From Catajapyx aquilonaris (Eukaryota), in NCBI GenBank assembly GCA_000934665.2, contig JYFJ02003874.1, forward strand, positions 1 to 36,853: a stretch of DNA of 36,853 nucleotides, read 5' to 3'. Below the pieces are notes generated by a model. It was not told where the DNA came from. It searched no databases and worked only from the letters and a program-made list of their open reading frames with translations. The stretch's first letter is position 1; the number at the start of each line of letters is the position of its first letter. Positions 23,501-36,173 of this stretch are shown one piece after another. Made by a program: the position numbers and the translations under genes.

Positions 23501-26500
23501 CCCCCCNCCCCCCCCAATATGAATAAAGGTCAGGTGGACACTGGCCATTGATGACATAAATGTCAGTTTCTGAATTGCAAGCTCATGAGTAGGTTTCTTC
23601 GATACAGAATCAACCCTTGCCACACCACAACAGGCATCCAAGAGAAGTGAGGCATATTTTAAATACCATACCAGTATGTGAAATGTGATATATAGTTCAT
23701 ATCATCATATGAAATGAATTGTATGAATTGGGAAGAATATTGTAAAGAATGTGAACTATAGTTGGAAATGTATATTTTCTGCAGGAGTAATTCTAGGCTT
23801 ATCTGTATATATAGCCCTATATGCATACATGGTGTAGGCGTACTATTAACGATAAGCAAGGCCTGTCTGTATAAGGTGTAGATGTCATCTTGTTTTGCAA
23901 GGTCGTGACCTCAGATTGCCCCTGAACGTCACTGATACCTTTATTAAACATTGAGAATCAAGCGCAAAATTCATGAACAAGTGGCTTATCCTATTAGTTT
24001 GGCAATGGCACAATCTGATTTTTATGTAAGATATTTCTTGCACATATCATTCCATGATCAAACGTGCACCTATAAGCTTATACAATATTACTTCTTGACC
24101 TTGGGATTAATTTATTATATCAGACACTCCCAGTCTGGTGACAATTTATTACATTCATTACAGCTGGTGATGACTCATTTGCGCAACCACCAATCTTCTT
24201 ATATACAGTAATTTTAAATATTATAACAAATTCTACACTGGGTACGGAAATACTATAATATAATTGTGTGTTATAGCTGACTGATTATTTTAAAGAAGCC
24301 TTTCAATGCATGCACAGGTTGCATATTATACAGATATAGATTTGGTCTTTCGGTCTTTAGTCTTTACAGCACATCACCGAAAAAAGTATATGCTGGTCTT
24401 GATAGGTATGGAATATATCAATGCCTTCCTGCCTTCCTGTTGTATACTAAAATTACTAACCATCTCATTATTTATTTATTTATTTATTACATACTCCATT
24501 CTCTGACCTTTGGGTCATTAACCATCTCATAATAGGTCTATAATCAAGTTGCTCATTATCTTACATAAATTATATCATTACACTGATAGTTGCAGAACTG
24601 TTGAACAGTAGGTCCACATATTCCGTGGTAAAAGTGACCATATTTCTGTATATACCCATAATCCATAATTATGACATTGCAATCACACTTCGACATTTCA
24701 TGCCTCTGCTTATTACACGTCTCATCATATTATACATGGCGGAGCCCCCCATATTGATTGAAAGTAAAGCCGGCGAGTGCACAAGAGAAGTGGGGCGGAA
24801 TATCTCAGGTAGATTAATGTCACTGATTGCAATAGAAGCAGGAAATTAAAGCCATTAATCTGGAAGGTTAATTAGGCTAAAGTAATCTTCGCCTCTTTGA
24901 AACTGCACCGCCGCCGAGGTCTCGGAATATATATTTTTGGAAGGGAGGGGGGGGGGGGGACATGGGGGCCCTCCCCCTGCCTTCCATCTACCCCCATCTG
25001 CTTTTCAATTAAGCCGTTTGAAATCCCAGCACAACGGGCCGGTTCTGTCATGTCACAAACGTCGCGGTGGAAAAAATCACAATTTTGCGCTGTTTTAATC
25101 CGCGCGAAAGCCGTCCGCTGGCAATCACTCTTGCATTTTCCACCTTCACGTCTCATGTAAACTACTTGACAAATGGTAATCGATGCACTACATGACAACT
25201 AAAACAGCGTCGGATTATAGCAAGCGATGCTAAAATGGGAGGCTAAAATTCATCGGTGATTATCGCCCCGATATATAGGTGCACAGCGCTCTCACAGCAC
25301 ACATATATGATTGTAGACTGTATAGTGCGTTTCTGCATGCCTGACAGTCATTTCTGCAACGAAGCAAATCCTACACACGTGCAAAAAGGATTGGCGTTAT
25401 CTGGGAATAATATGTGTTTAAACCACAATCATTTTTTAGCAGTTATTGTTGTTCTTCATTTTCAAATTGAAACCTATAAAATGTCTTCACGTCCCATTCA
25501 GCCGGGTATAGCTATTATTTGTTCCTGAGCTGCTTATTATTAAACATTTACTTTTGAGCTGTCACCAAAAAAATTGGTGCAAATATTAAGTTAAGCGAAA
25601 GCATCCATTTTGACCAGCACAATAGGGTTGTTTTGAACGCGAAAAACGTTTAAACTGCAAAGCTGCATGATTTGTTCGAAGAGATGGTTCTAATCAAGCC
25701 AATTGGATAATGGCTTTTATAACCCTAACAGTGCATCTGTTTGCAAGTAACAGCTTAGTAATAGGAAAAGTAGGGGGTGGGGGGGGGGGGAATTACCAAG
25801 TACAAGCATGGATTACTTCAGTTCCAACACAGCGTATTTTTAAACAATATTATTGTCTTCTATATAGGAATGTTCTTTGCTGATATGGTCAGTTTCAGAA
25901 CAATAAAGTATGGTACCAAAAGCAGTTGAGGTATTTCCTTCACTGCCTGCAGAGAAGAATAAGAACCCAATAGTAATGTTTACGACGGTCTGGGAAAAAT
26001 ATATATTGTTATCTTCACATTTTCGGTGCGATGGAAAATATATAGGATTATTGTTGCTTTTTGGTCAATCTGTATTATTTCTGTTAGAGGCTACATAAAG
26101 AGCTTTTTTTAAATATTTCAACAAATATGATACCAACGACATAAAGTCACTGTCTTTGTTTTCATTCGAATCATAACATGTCATTGAAGACTGAAAGTAA
26201 CAGGTTCAATCAATCGGTTTTGGACTTTGAATTTGGTCAAATGATAACGTCTTGACTTTCAGTTGAATAATTGTTATCCATATCCTCAAAATATTCCTGT
26301 AATATTTCCCTGATGCTTGGTTTCTGGACCCTATATACATAAACATGTAGGGCCTAGAAATAATAATAATTTCCAGCAGCAGGTTGAGTTAAGAATAATA
26401 TCGAGATATAAGAAAATTCGGATAGGAAATTCCTTTATTACTTTACATCTGCCTGCACAACTATTGCTGGATTTATTTTTGACTTATAAAGTTCTTAGAC

Positions 26501-26647
26501 TTGTACAGGGGATGTTTGAGTTATACAACTTCTACTGATAGACTGCTAGCAGGCAGCAGGCCTGTAACTATATATATTGTAGTGTAAATATGCACACGCA
26601 GAGGCCCCCTTTTTTCAGTCAGGTGTTTGATGCAGGCACATTTTCAT

Positions 26648-26930
26648 CCCCAACACAAAATTGCTCGGCCACCTGGACAGTACAGAAATGCCGACGATCA
26701 TGGCCGCCTAACACACAAAATGGCCTGATCGGACAAGATGGCTGCTGCTCCTGGACCCGCATGGAGCAAGCGTGCTGGCCTTTCTACGACCAATCTGGCC
26801 GGATTTAGAACAAGCTGGTCGGCTTTACTACAAGCTGACAGGATTTGGGACGAGCTGGGCCAGCTTTAGACCCAAAAATGACCGACCTTGCCAACTTATA
26901 TGGCCAGGTTTAGGTCAATGTGGTTGCCCA
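26648..26930. repeat. Degenerate tandem/subterminal repeats, probably an old DNA-transposon remnant
   Basis: Recurring CAAGCTGG(C/T)C, CTGGCCGGATTT and AACACAAAAT-like units with an irregular period. Confidence 0.45.
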
Positions 26931-29900
26931 TTTGAGGAGGAGTGTCTCCCCAGTCCATCCAGGTGTAATATTAAATGCCCCACATTGCTTCTGCTTGTCC
27001 TCTTTTTCCTATATCTCTCGTCATATCATATATCCCTCCCCCCCCCCTTGCTGTTTGCCTTGCGCCTTTTCCTTTTCAGATCCTGGCCGCCAATGTTGTA
27101 AATCACTCGGAGATTATCTCCCTTTTGTCAATGTCCAACATCACGAAATAATTTATCAAAACCACCCCTCCAGGCCTCTAGCTATTTTCAACCCCACTGG
27201 GCTCCCGGGACCCTGTTGCTTTTGCTGGAAACGCCGGCATCAGCAGCATCAACCCCTCGAAAAGGCAACATGTCAAACGCGGGTTGTTTGATGTTTTGAA
27301 GAGATCTGAATTAAATATGGCGGCGGCTTGCAACAAGACGTGGCCAACAATCGACAAGGGGACGGAGATTTAATCCTACCCATTAATGCACCTGCGAGTT
27401 TATTTCATCCCAGGCGCAGGCAACACGTACAGTATCAATTGCGCCAGATTAATTTTACGCGTTTACAGAACCCGGTCGAAAAGACGTCATTTTTTGCCGA
27501 TGGGGTATCGCATGTGTCAACCATTCGTCACATTTCATGTTCACTGGAACTCCACATGTTGTAAATCATGTGTGATAACCATTGACGCGTTTTATCGTGG
27601 CCGCCCCACATCAACGCAGTTACTATTGGCAAAGACCGACCTGTTTCGAGTGATGGCAGACCAATAGCCGTATCACCTGATATCGTCCAGGGGGTGAAAA
27701 ATAGAAAGGAGTTATGCAATATGTAATCAGACACACATGTTCTGAAAGTTACAGGGATGATTTATTAGGCCTGAATGACCCTTTAAGATTGTGACTATAT
27801 CACATAGGACACCATTGGCGACTTTGTGAGGTGCATTGCAGATGGGAAACCTGCAGCATCATTAGTCAAAATTCGGAAGGCATCCTCCATTGGCATGCAC
27901 CATGGTACAAAAAGGGGGATTCAGGACTCGGGACGTGTACAAACCGATAGCAATTACTCTCAATTATTTGAGGGTGGGTCGAGGTTAGGCGTATACACCG
28001 ACTGGGGTGTTATAGGTGCATGTAGGATGATAATGCCAAGAGGAGAATTAGCACGTCATCCAATGCTCTGAGGCGGTTGAGGGAAATGCAGCAGTGAAGT
28101 TGTCTTTTGCACAGGAAAAGCTGGGTTTAGATCCACCCCCCTCCCAAGATTTTGCTCCGGATTGAGCACCGGACAGGCCCTTTTGCGAATATCTGCCTCT
28201 GAGCCTTTTTTTTGTAGAGAGGGTGGTAGTTATAAGGCAGTGTAAAGCCGAGCCTACCTGTCACGTTGAAACCTAAGCCCCCGGCATTAAGTCCCCCTCG
28301 TCCGCAAGGGCAGTAGGTTTTTAATAATTCGGAATGGGGGATCTGGAAGATTCGAGTGTAAGAGAGAGGGGTTTTGCGTTAGTCGACTATTTGTGACATG
28401 GTCAGGTAGGTGTGAGAGGATAAGTCCAATTATTACATGCCGTCTGCTGGCGCAGTGCAGGGGCTATATATGCACTCAGATTAATTCGTTATGTTTTCAG
28501 CGAGGAAAATTTCTGAGCGGTATAGTTTCATTATATAGCAAAATGAGAAAATGATATGGGTTTTTTCATGTTCATATCATGTTCATGTTGGATTTTAAAA
28601 ATTACTAATTTAGGAAAAATAACTCAAATTGAGGTCTAAAATCTTTTAAAGTGATTGTATGGGTATTGACTTGATGCTGCTTCTATAGTTGCTCTGAAAG
28701 ATATGGCCAACTTATCTATGTGAAAATGAGAATTGCGCGCATCGGATAGAAGCCCTTCGCCCCCAAAATGTCTGTGAAATGGCACCCTGCCCATAATTCA
28801 CCTCGATTAACGCACCTTGTCGCGTAGAAATGACGCTCCAGGAATGCAAATGATGGGAATAAATTTGTCCTCTCCCTCTTCCTTTTTCTTGGGAGGCTAG
28901 GCAAAAAAAAACTAGGAGAAGAAGAAGAAGGTGGTCGTCTTCATTCCCAAAAGGAAAAGGCGAGTGTCCTCCTTGTTTCCCCCCAAATGGCTTTGGGGTT
29001 GTGCGATCAGGGGAAAAATAATTGGTCTCATATTTCTTCCCCGCCTTGCCTCCTTTTGGCATATGCAAATGCACGCCCGACGTCTTGCAAATGGCTTCCA
29101 TTTTCCGCCTTGCTACCACACAATTATCAGGCGTCTTTTGGGACTGGCTTCTTTTCTATTTTCGGGCCCAAGGAAAGAAACCTGGTTTGGGACGCGAAGC
29201 GGAGTTTTTCCGAGGTGAATGAAAAGGGAGCATTGTTAGCCAGTCAGCATTGCCCTGTGAATATTATATCGAAAGATCTTTTCTGGAATTTATTTTGTCC
29301 TGCTGATCACACTTGAGGAGGTGAGATGCAAAGTGATCTATCTTCAAAAATATTTGTTTTTGAGATAACTATGTTATCACGTGGGTCAACTTCCAAGCTA
29401 CTGATTAGTCCGTTTAAAATTGGTCAAAAAATTGTTTGTGCAGAATAAAAAATTAGTTTTTCTTGTACGCAATTTTTTAAAGTGACCTCTATTGACTGAA
29501 GGACGTTTTATAATTTTGAGTGGAGAAAAATCGAAATTTCAAACAGATATCAGCACTGGGGGACATGAAAGAAATGACAAATGAGCCAAAATTTCGAATG
29601 ATAATGCAGATTACTGTAGACGTCATTTTCTAAAAGAATTAGTAATGAGCCTTGCATTATAATATGTACAGATTGCCCAAGGGTACATTGCGAAATTCAT
29701 CAAAAGTCTGATTAAAGTGGTTACATTTGGGACTTCCAGTGTATATTGTTTATAGCAAGGCAAAGTAGGGTCTGGTGTAGGCTTTTGTTTATACATTTCG
29801 GAGGTAATAATGAAGGAGTTCGGCGGAGAAGATGATTTTGGGGCAGTCATATAGTGCCGGATGAATCCCTCTGAGACCTCAAAGGCTTCTTTGAGATGCG

Positions 29901-30466
29901 CGCACTTCATGCAAGACTAATCACTACAAAAAAAAAGTAGAAGAGGGGAGAGGGAGCAGGGGGGCAGGCAGGAGCTCAGATGCAATCTCTGAATATTTAC
30001 GGTGTCTTTCGGCAATCTAATGTAGGAAAGGAGGAAGCAACAGGCTGGTCGGAATTCTGAAATGACGTCAAACACACAATTTGGGTCACCAAATAGAAAA
30101 AATCGGATACTGTATAATGATTTACGTCATCGATGTCAGATAATTGAGATCATTTTGTTTCAACTTTGCGACGTCCCCACCAGATGGCTGGAGTGGCGCT
30201 CTTTGTGTAGAGTCAGTTGTGATGTGGCCGGGAAGCAGGCCGGTCTAATTGCACCTGTTGTATCATTGGACTATACGACCACTCAGGGTTTGAGGGATGA
30301 CCTGAGCAGGTTAACTTTAGTCCCAATCTGTTCAAAGCCTTTGCTTGAAATTTTTCAAGTAAGTTACACCACTTCTGCGACATATACCAATCAAAACTTG
30401 AAATCCCCTCAAGCGACTTAACTTTGTCATAATTATTTTCTTTCCAATATACCCCACTCTTTGGGA

Positions 30467-30930
30467 AAGATTAAGTACTGCGGATTACTTAATTCACTCC
30501 GAAAGAAACAGGCGTTTTTTTGGATCTGTCCTGACGCAAATCCAAACTAATCCTCTCCGAGAAAGATAGTCGGAGTCCATCTTCACCGCTTCGCAGCCAC
30601 GACCAGGGTACCCAGGATTTTGGAAAGTCCGGAGGCCCCAAAGTTGGTGCTATATCCGATGGAGGTGAGGGCAGGGAAGGGGGTTCGGGAAGGGCTTCCG
30701 CATGCTAGGATTATGAAGTTGGAATATTTATAGGTGGGCAGAGAAGGGAGAGGTGGACGGATTAGAGATGGAGATCTTGGCAAACTTGCGAGTGGCCAAA
30801 CAGAAGCTCCTCCAGTGCAGCAGGCCCTCTGGCTTGCACAGAGGGGGTAGGGGGCGAAGGGGAATAGGGGGCGCGCCTCAAAGTGCCCCTTATCCCCTAG
30901 GATTAGGCCTTCCTGCCACAGGACTAATCC
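30467..30930. promoter_or_regulatory. Cluster of K50-homeodomain (TAATCC) sites, candidate enhancer
   Basis: TAATCC/GGATTA at 30482, 30548, 30708, 30759, 30900 and 30925, plus AGATTA at 30468. Confidence 0.55.
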
Positions 30931-31194
30931 GGGACACTCGCCTCATCGCTGGACCATCCTCGCCCCCCCTCTGATGCTGTATACATTCAAGAAGACCCAG
31001 TCCTCTCCAGAATCCAGAGGGGGAGATTCATCTGGACCAGACTTGTTCGACTCATTCGGGTCAGAAAGAACGGTGTAAGCATTAATGATTCGCTCTTTTT
31101 CCGCCAGTGGCTTGTGGTTCACTGTTCGTTTCCAACTGGACTAGCCTACACAGCCCCACGCAACTCCTGCGATACGGTAGCCGGGGTACTCACA

Positions 31195-31543
31195 AGGGAA
31201 CGACCAAGGTCGGTCGCCTCCGATTTTGTTGAAACTCGCCTGAGGGGTCACTCATGTGCGATAGACACAGTAATGAAAGACGTAGATGCCACTGTCCATC
31301 CGTTACCGAGATATGAGCAACAGAAACATCCGAATTGGAATATTTACCGCGAGTGTAGCCTTGCACTTGTCCCTCCGCCCGACACCTGTACGCGCGGCCA
31401 AAATTCGGATTGTTTTGTCACTCATATCTCCGACACGGGTGGATGGCGGCATCTAGGAATTTCACCACTGTATCTATCGCACATGAGTGAGCCCTCAAGC
31501 GAGTTTCAACAAAATCGGAGGCGACCGACCTTGGTCGTTCCCT
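31195..31543. mobile_element. Foldback MITE with about 140-bp inverted arms
   Basis: AGGGAACGACCAAGGTCGGTCGCCTCCGATTTTGTTGAAACTCGC at 31195 has its exact reverse complement ending at 31543. Arm similarity continues inward with mismatches. Confidence 0.85.
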
Positions 31544-31554
31544 ATACGTAGTTA

Positions 31555-31727
31555 GAGAGTCTCCGCCAGCCTGGAATTTGGCGGTGGCGTCGCTCACTGA
31601 CCCCAGCGGACACTCAGGTGGATGGTGGCCGAATATGCTGCTGTACCGCAGATTCGGCCTCCACCACCTGACTGTGTCTGGCAACCCTCTGGGGCAGTGA
31701 GCGACGCCAGCGCCAGTGGAGACTCTC
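31555..31727. mobile_element. Short palindromic MITE flanked by TA
   Basis: TA|GAGAGTCTCC...GGAGACTCTC|TA, with inner inverted blocks GGCGTCGCTCACTG/CAGTGAGCGACGCC, TCAGGTGG/CCACCTGA and GGCCGAAT/ATTCGGCC. Confidence 0.8.
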
Positions 31728-31794
31728 TAAGCACGCTACCGTCATCATAAGGTTAGGGTAGAAGTTGCAGGGGGCTGAGCCTGCATAATACACT

Positions 31795-32295
31795 ATCTTG
31801 ACGCCGGATATAACAACCTCGGCTATAACAGACTTTTGGTTATAACATACTCGAAAGGTCGGTCCCGCCATACTTCCATAAGGTCATTTTTACCCCTGAT
31901 ATAACAGGCTTACTTTCACCCCACCACTTCGGCTTATAATAACAAACCATTTTTGGCCTTTTGATTTATTTAACTTTATTTTCCGACGGCAGGAAGGCAG
32001 AGAATACTGAATCTGAGGTGATTTTCGCATCTGTCACTGATCTAAGCTACTGAAAATCGCAATTTTTCTGGCATATTTGGCAGCAAGGGGACGGCAGATG
32101 AAAATTACAGATTTTTTGGGGGTGTGGTGAGCTAATTTTGCATTTTTGTGGATACACGTAGTTTCATCAATGTATATGCAGTATATAGTGTGTGTTTTAA
32201 GCATATGGAAAGCAGAAGTGGCAATTTCAAGCCATTTGGTTGTAACAGACTTTATTCCGTGGTCCCTTGAAGTCTGTTCTATCCGGAGTCAACTG
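31795..32295. mobile_element. Tigger/pogo-like (Tc1/mariner superfamily) MITE
   Basis: Degenerate TIRs TTGACGCCGGATATAAC and GTTCTATCCGGAGTCAACTG. Repeated subterminal TATAAC motifs and GGTCCC near both ends. Confidence 0.6.
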
Positions 32296-33374
32296 TTTGA
32301 CCCAAAATGATCACTTGGTGACACCTACACAGAGATATACGACCGAACAGGTGGTGCCTCCTGGTGAACTTCCGCTGTCTGAAAGTGACCCATTTTACAT
32401 CCAGCCTTTTCACAGCCTGGTAAAACGCTGTCCCTTTTTCATGAAGTGCTTTCAACTGAGGGGGTTGACGGTTAGCTAACACCACAGGTCCAGGAATGGG
32501 GATGGAAATTAATGGCTAACCTGTCGCTTGCATCTGTCGGAAGGCGGCGCTGCAGGCCATCACCCCCCACCCCCTCTCTCATATCATCGTCACGCCGAGT
32601 TTTTCACAGTGTCATGAATTGCTAAGTGTCAGGAGTGAGTCGTTTTGGGAGGTAGGGGAGGGCTGGGGGGTGGGGGGAGGACTTTAGAGATGCGGGCAAG
32701 TGGAAGATGCGCTGGTGAATGGGAAAAGGTGGACCCTTCCTCACCCTGCTGCTCCCTCCCCCCTCCCCCTCCCCCCAAAAACCGACGATCCTCTGTGTTT
32801 AGGCCCGATAACGCCTTCCGTCGTCATGGGAATGGCGCAAGTGCGGTGCGTTTTCCGCCCGTCTGCCTCACAATATTGCCTCGAATATCAACTTCATAAA
32901 TGGCGGGATTTTATAGGCCTCAATCCATCAGAGGGGGGGCAATTGGGCAGAATGCAAAAAAAAAAAAATTATAGGGAGGTAGTGAAGCAGGGAGGTGATA
33001 GGGGGGGGGGGGTGGAGGAGTATATACACACAGCACATTCTCTCAGCATCCAGTCACCTCATGGCATCGGTCCACACTCATGTGGAAACTTGATACGGAG
33101 GGATGGTATTGACAGGGAAGCTGCATCCTCCTGATAGTTGAGCAGCGGTGTCTGGTGACAGCCTCCCAATATAGCCTACACGTCTCTGCTCTCGAGGAGA
33201 TGGGACATGATTGGGGAGAAAGTGAACAGAAGCTTTTCTTTTGAAATATTCGCCTGCCTACACTGTAATTGGAGGGTGTTATGCAATAATGTGTCAACCC
33301 ACAATAAATGTCAAGCTAAGGAACATATACCCAAAGGATCGTACTTCATTCAGTTAAAGTCAAGCTGGCGCATA

Positions 33375-33590
33375 GGAGGTCATGGTGGTCTAGTGGTTAT
33401 CAGGGGTTCAAATTCCGTCCCCGTCACCTTCGCTTGTCTTTTCCGATTTTCACCCGACATGTCCTTTCTCTGCCCATGGCTAAGAGAAAAGGTATAGTAT
33501 TTATTTAAGAGGGTCAGAAATAGAACGCCCTGCATTGCTGGGAACCTCCCCTTCCCCCCCTAAGAAGGCCCAAGGCCCTATCACGGGGTA
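33375..33590 (+). mobile_element. tRNA-derived SINE (family C, copy 2, internal deletions)
   Basis: A box TGGTCTAGTGG (33386) and B box GGTTCAAATTC (33405). Shares CCGTCACCTTCGCTTG, TTCACCCGACATGTCC and AAGAGAAAAGGT blocks with 23237-23500. Tail ends CTATCACGGGGTA. Confidence 0.75.
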
Positions 33591-33595
33591 GAGTA

Positions 33596-33705
33596 GTGTA
33601 GACGGTATTTGACTTCCAAGTCAGTACATAATCGGTACATAGGGAGGTACCACTTTCAAGTCAGTGAATCTGAACGATGGGCTACCTACAAGTCAGTACT
33701 GTAGC
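33596..33705 (-). mobile_element. CACTG-TIR MITE family, partial copy
   Basis: Reverse complement of internal blocks (CAGTACTGACTTG, CGTTCAGAT, ACTGACTTGAAA) of 34076-34319, 34377-34607 and 35513 onward. Confidence 0.65.
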
Positions 33706-34075
33706 CTACAAAATGAGTCAAGGGCGAGGTGCATGGAAGTTGGCGAAGGTGTGATCAGGGCAGCGACGGAGGCTGGAATTGGGCAGTTTCAGCGTGGCGA
33801 AATGACCTCGGAAATGAGTCGTTTGGCATGTGTAGGGTTGGTAGGGGGTCCGCCCGGAGTCAGTTGCCGACGCAGCTGATCCGCATTGATTTCGGGGTCA
33901 GCCTTTTCTCACGCGCTTTTGTTATTGCCCCGGACAGCGGGATAGCAGAGGGGGTGGGGGGTCATTAGATGAGAGAGGGTGCAGGCCAATCAAATTGGGT
34001 GGGAGAGGGGGGAGGGGTAATACATATCTTTTTGGGAGGGTAATCGACGATCCGGTGCGAGAGTGACGCGTGTAT

Positions 34076-34319
34076 CGCTGTAATTCATGTACCGATTCCG
34101 ATGGTGGTATTTTGTGATCAGCAAATACCGTCTACAGTACTGACTTGAGGAAAGCCAATCGTTCAGATGTACTGACTGGGAAATGGTACAGTACATGACG
34201 ATGTGCCGATTCATGTATCGCCTTGGACGTAAAATAACGTCTACAGTATACTGACTTGTAGACGGTATTTGTTGTTCCCAATAAAATGTAACCTACAAAT
34301 CGGTACATGATTTACAGTG
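34076..34319 (+). mobile_element. CACTG-TIR MITE (CMC/EnSpm-like), near-complete copy
   Basis: TIRs CGCTGTAATTCATGTACCGATT ... AATCGGTACATGATTTACAGTG. Three other copies lie within 2.6 kb. Confidence 0.75.
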
Positions 34320-34376
34320 TCACATACATACGATGGTGCTGAAATTGAAATAGGAGGACAGTTACTTCAATTAGGA

Positions 34377-34607
34377 CACTGTAATTCATGTACCGATTTT
34401 GGAGGTGGTACTTTGTGATCAAATACCGACTGCGGTACTGACTTGTAGACAATCCACCGTTCAGATGTACTGACTTGAAAATGGTACAACACTAAGTATC
34501 GATTTACTTATACCGACTTGGACCTGCTTAGACGTCGAATACCGTCAGTAGGACTGACCTGTAGACCTGTTGATCACAAAGTAACATATCTCCAAGTCGG
34601 TACAGTG
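34377..34607 (+). mobile_element. CACTG-TIR MITE, copy 3
   Basis: Starts CACTGTAATTCATGTACCGATT and ends AAGTCGGTACAGTG (short deletion in the right TIR). Confidence 0.75.
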
Positions 34608-35717
34608 TACCGTACGGATTCAGTGAGTTCATGGAAGCCTACCGTATATCCAGATTTAAAACTGATGAAAATCCATTAAATCTTTCTTATAACCCAGTTA
34701 AACTCGCGTAGGATCATTAAACACTCCTTGAATCCACGCATATTACTCGCAGCTTAAATACAATTAGGGTCTAAATCCGCAATTTAAAATCCGACGCATA
34801 CAATACCATTTTGCGAACCAGTTTCTGCTCCTCTGCGGACAACCTGTCAACGTAACGTCCGACGAATTATTTCTGCAACACCGATTAATTTATATTTCAC
34901 CTGCTACTGTGTGGCCTTTTTTTTTTAAAAAAAAAAAAGACTCAAATTTTATGCACATTAGGCGCACGTGTAGACCCCGAAGCGGTGTAAAATCGCATTC
35001 AAACGAGACGTGACTAGACCACCCCCTGTACCCCCTCTGTGTATACCCTTGAGTGGACCCATGCAGAATAGAGTTTGAGTGTGAAAAGAGAGGGGGGGGG
35101 GGGGTAGAAAGGGGTGGCCAGCTTATGGAGGGGGTGGAAGGGGGGGGATGGGGTGTCGAGTGGGGGGACAGCACCCGGAATCTTCGTGCCCGAGTGGCCG
35201 GTCCGGAGCTTTGCCCGGATGATCTGTGGATTTGTGCGTAATTAGGCTGATAATTGTTTATGTAAGACAAGTGTTTGCATAATCCCCGGGGCTGTGTTTG
35301 GTCACCGCCTGAGGAACGTGCCAATGAATGGAAATCCGCACCTGTAATAACCTAACGACGAAAAAAAAAGTATAGTCCCCGCTACCCTCCTCTACATGAC
35401 CGGATTTTCCGGAAATCGGAGCCTGAAATGAGTCAAGTTATGGAGGGTTTTTGCTATAGTTAGGGGATGATGGACTAAGAATGAAATGATTGTCTTGGTG
35501 TAAGCTGTAGTACACTGTAAATCATGTACCGACTTGGAGGTAGTATATTGTGATCAACAAGTACCGTCTCCAGTACTGACTTGTAGACAGCCCCTCGTTC
35601 AGATGTACTGACTTGAAAATGATACATCACGATGTATCGGTTTATCTAACGTCTAGGTCTCTGGACGTTAAATACCGTCTACAAATCTGTACTTGTTGAT
35701 GTACTTGTATGATAATA

Positions 35718-35990
35718 GGGCGACACTGATGTGGCGGAGTTGTTAGCGCCGCAGCCTTCCACGAGTTCGATCCCCTGATCTGACAGAGGATAGGCTACTT
35801 ATGTGGGTAGAGTTTCGCTGGGTTCTCTCCGTGTTCGCGTGGGTTTTCTCAAAGTTCTCCCGTTTCCTCCCACTATCAGAATCCATCACAGCAAAGGCAA
35901 TGATAAAGTCGGTTAATTAAAATGATGATCCGCTAAAAAGGCCAAGGAGGCTTATCACGGGGTATCCATTATTATTTATTATTATTATAC
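35718..35990 (+). mobile_element. tRNA-derived SINE with V-domain-like core (family D)
   Basis: A box TGGCGGAGTTG and B box GAGTTCGATCC. Core GTTCTCTCCGTGTTCGCGTGGGTTTTCTC...TTTCCTCCCAC resembles the V-SINE conserved domain as I recall it. Tail TATCACGGGGTA followed by (ATT)n. Confidence 0.75.
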
Positions 35991-36002
35991 GTGTCGATAA
36001 TA

Positions 36003-36173
36003 ATAATCTGACGTTCCAAGGAGGAACACCCTAACTGCAAAACTAGTAAGTCGCATGCATGTCCTGCACTAATCACCCCTGACTCAGAGGGGATTAGTGC
36101 AGTGCATACACGCGACCTTCACCCTTACTATAGTTTTGCAGTTAAGGTGTTTCTCCTTGGGACGGCAGAAATA
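36003..36173. mobile_element. Palindromic MITE-like element
   Basis: TCTGACGTTCCAAGGAGGAACACCCTAACTGCAAAACTA pairs with TAGTTTTGCAGTTAAGGTGTTTCTCCTTGGGACGGCAGA. Central CTGCACTAATC...GATTAGTGCAG. Confidence 0.75.

Noticed and set aside
31114..31684. Paired ORFs with identical peptides on opposite strands
   Set aside because: Explained by the foldback MITE.
33596..35700. Recurrent GTACTGACTTG units as a CRISPR-like array
   Set aside because: Irregular spacing, non-unique intervening sequence and enclosure by TIRs show these are internal MITE repeats in a eukaryotic locus.
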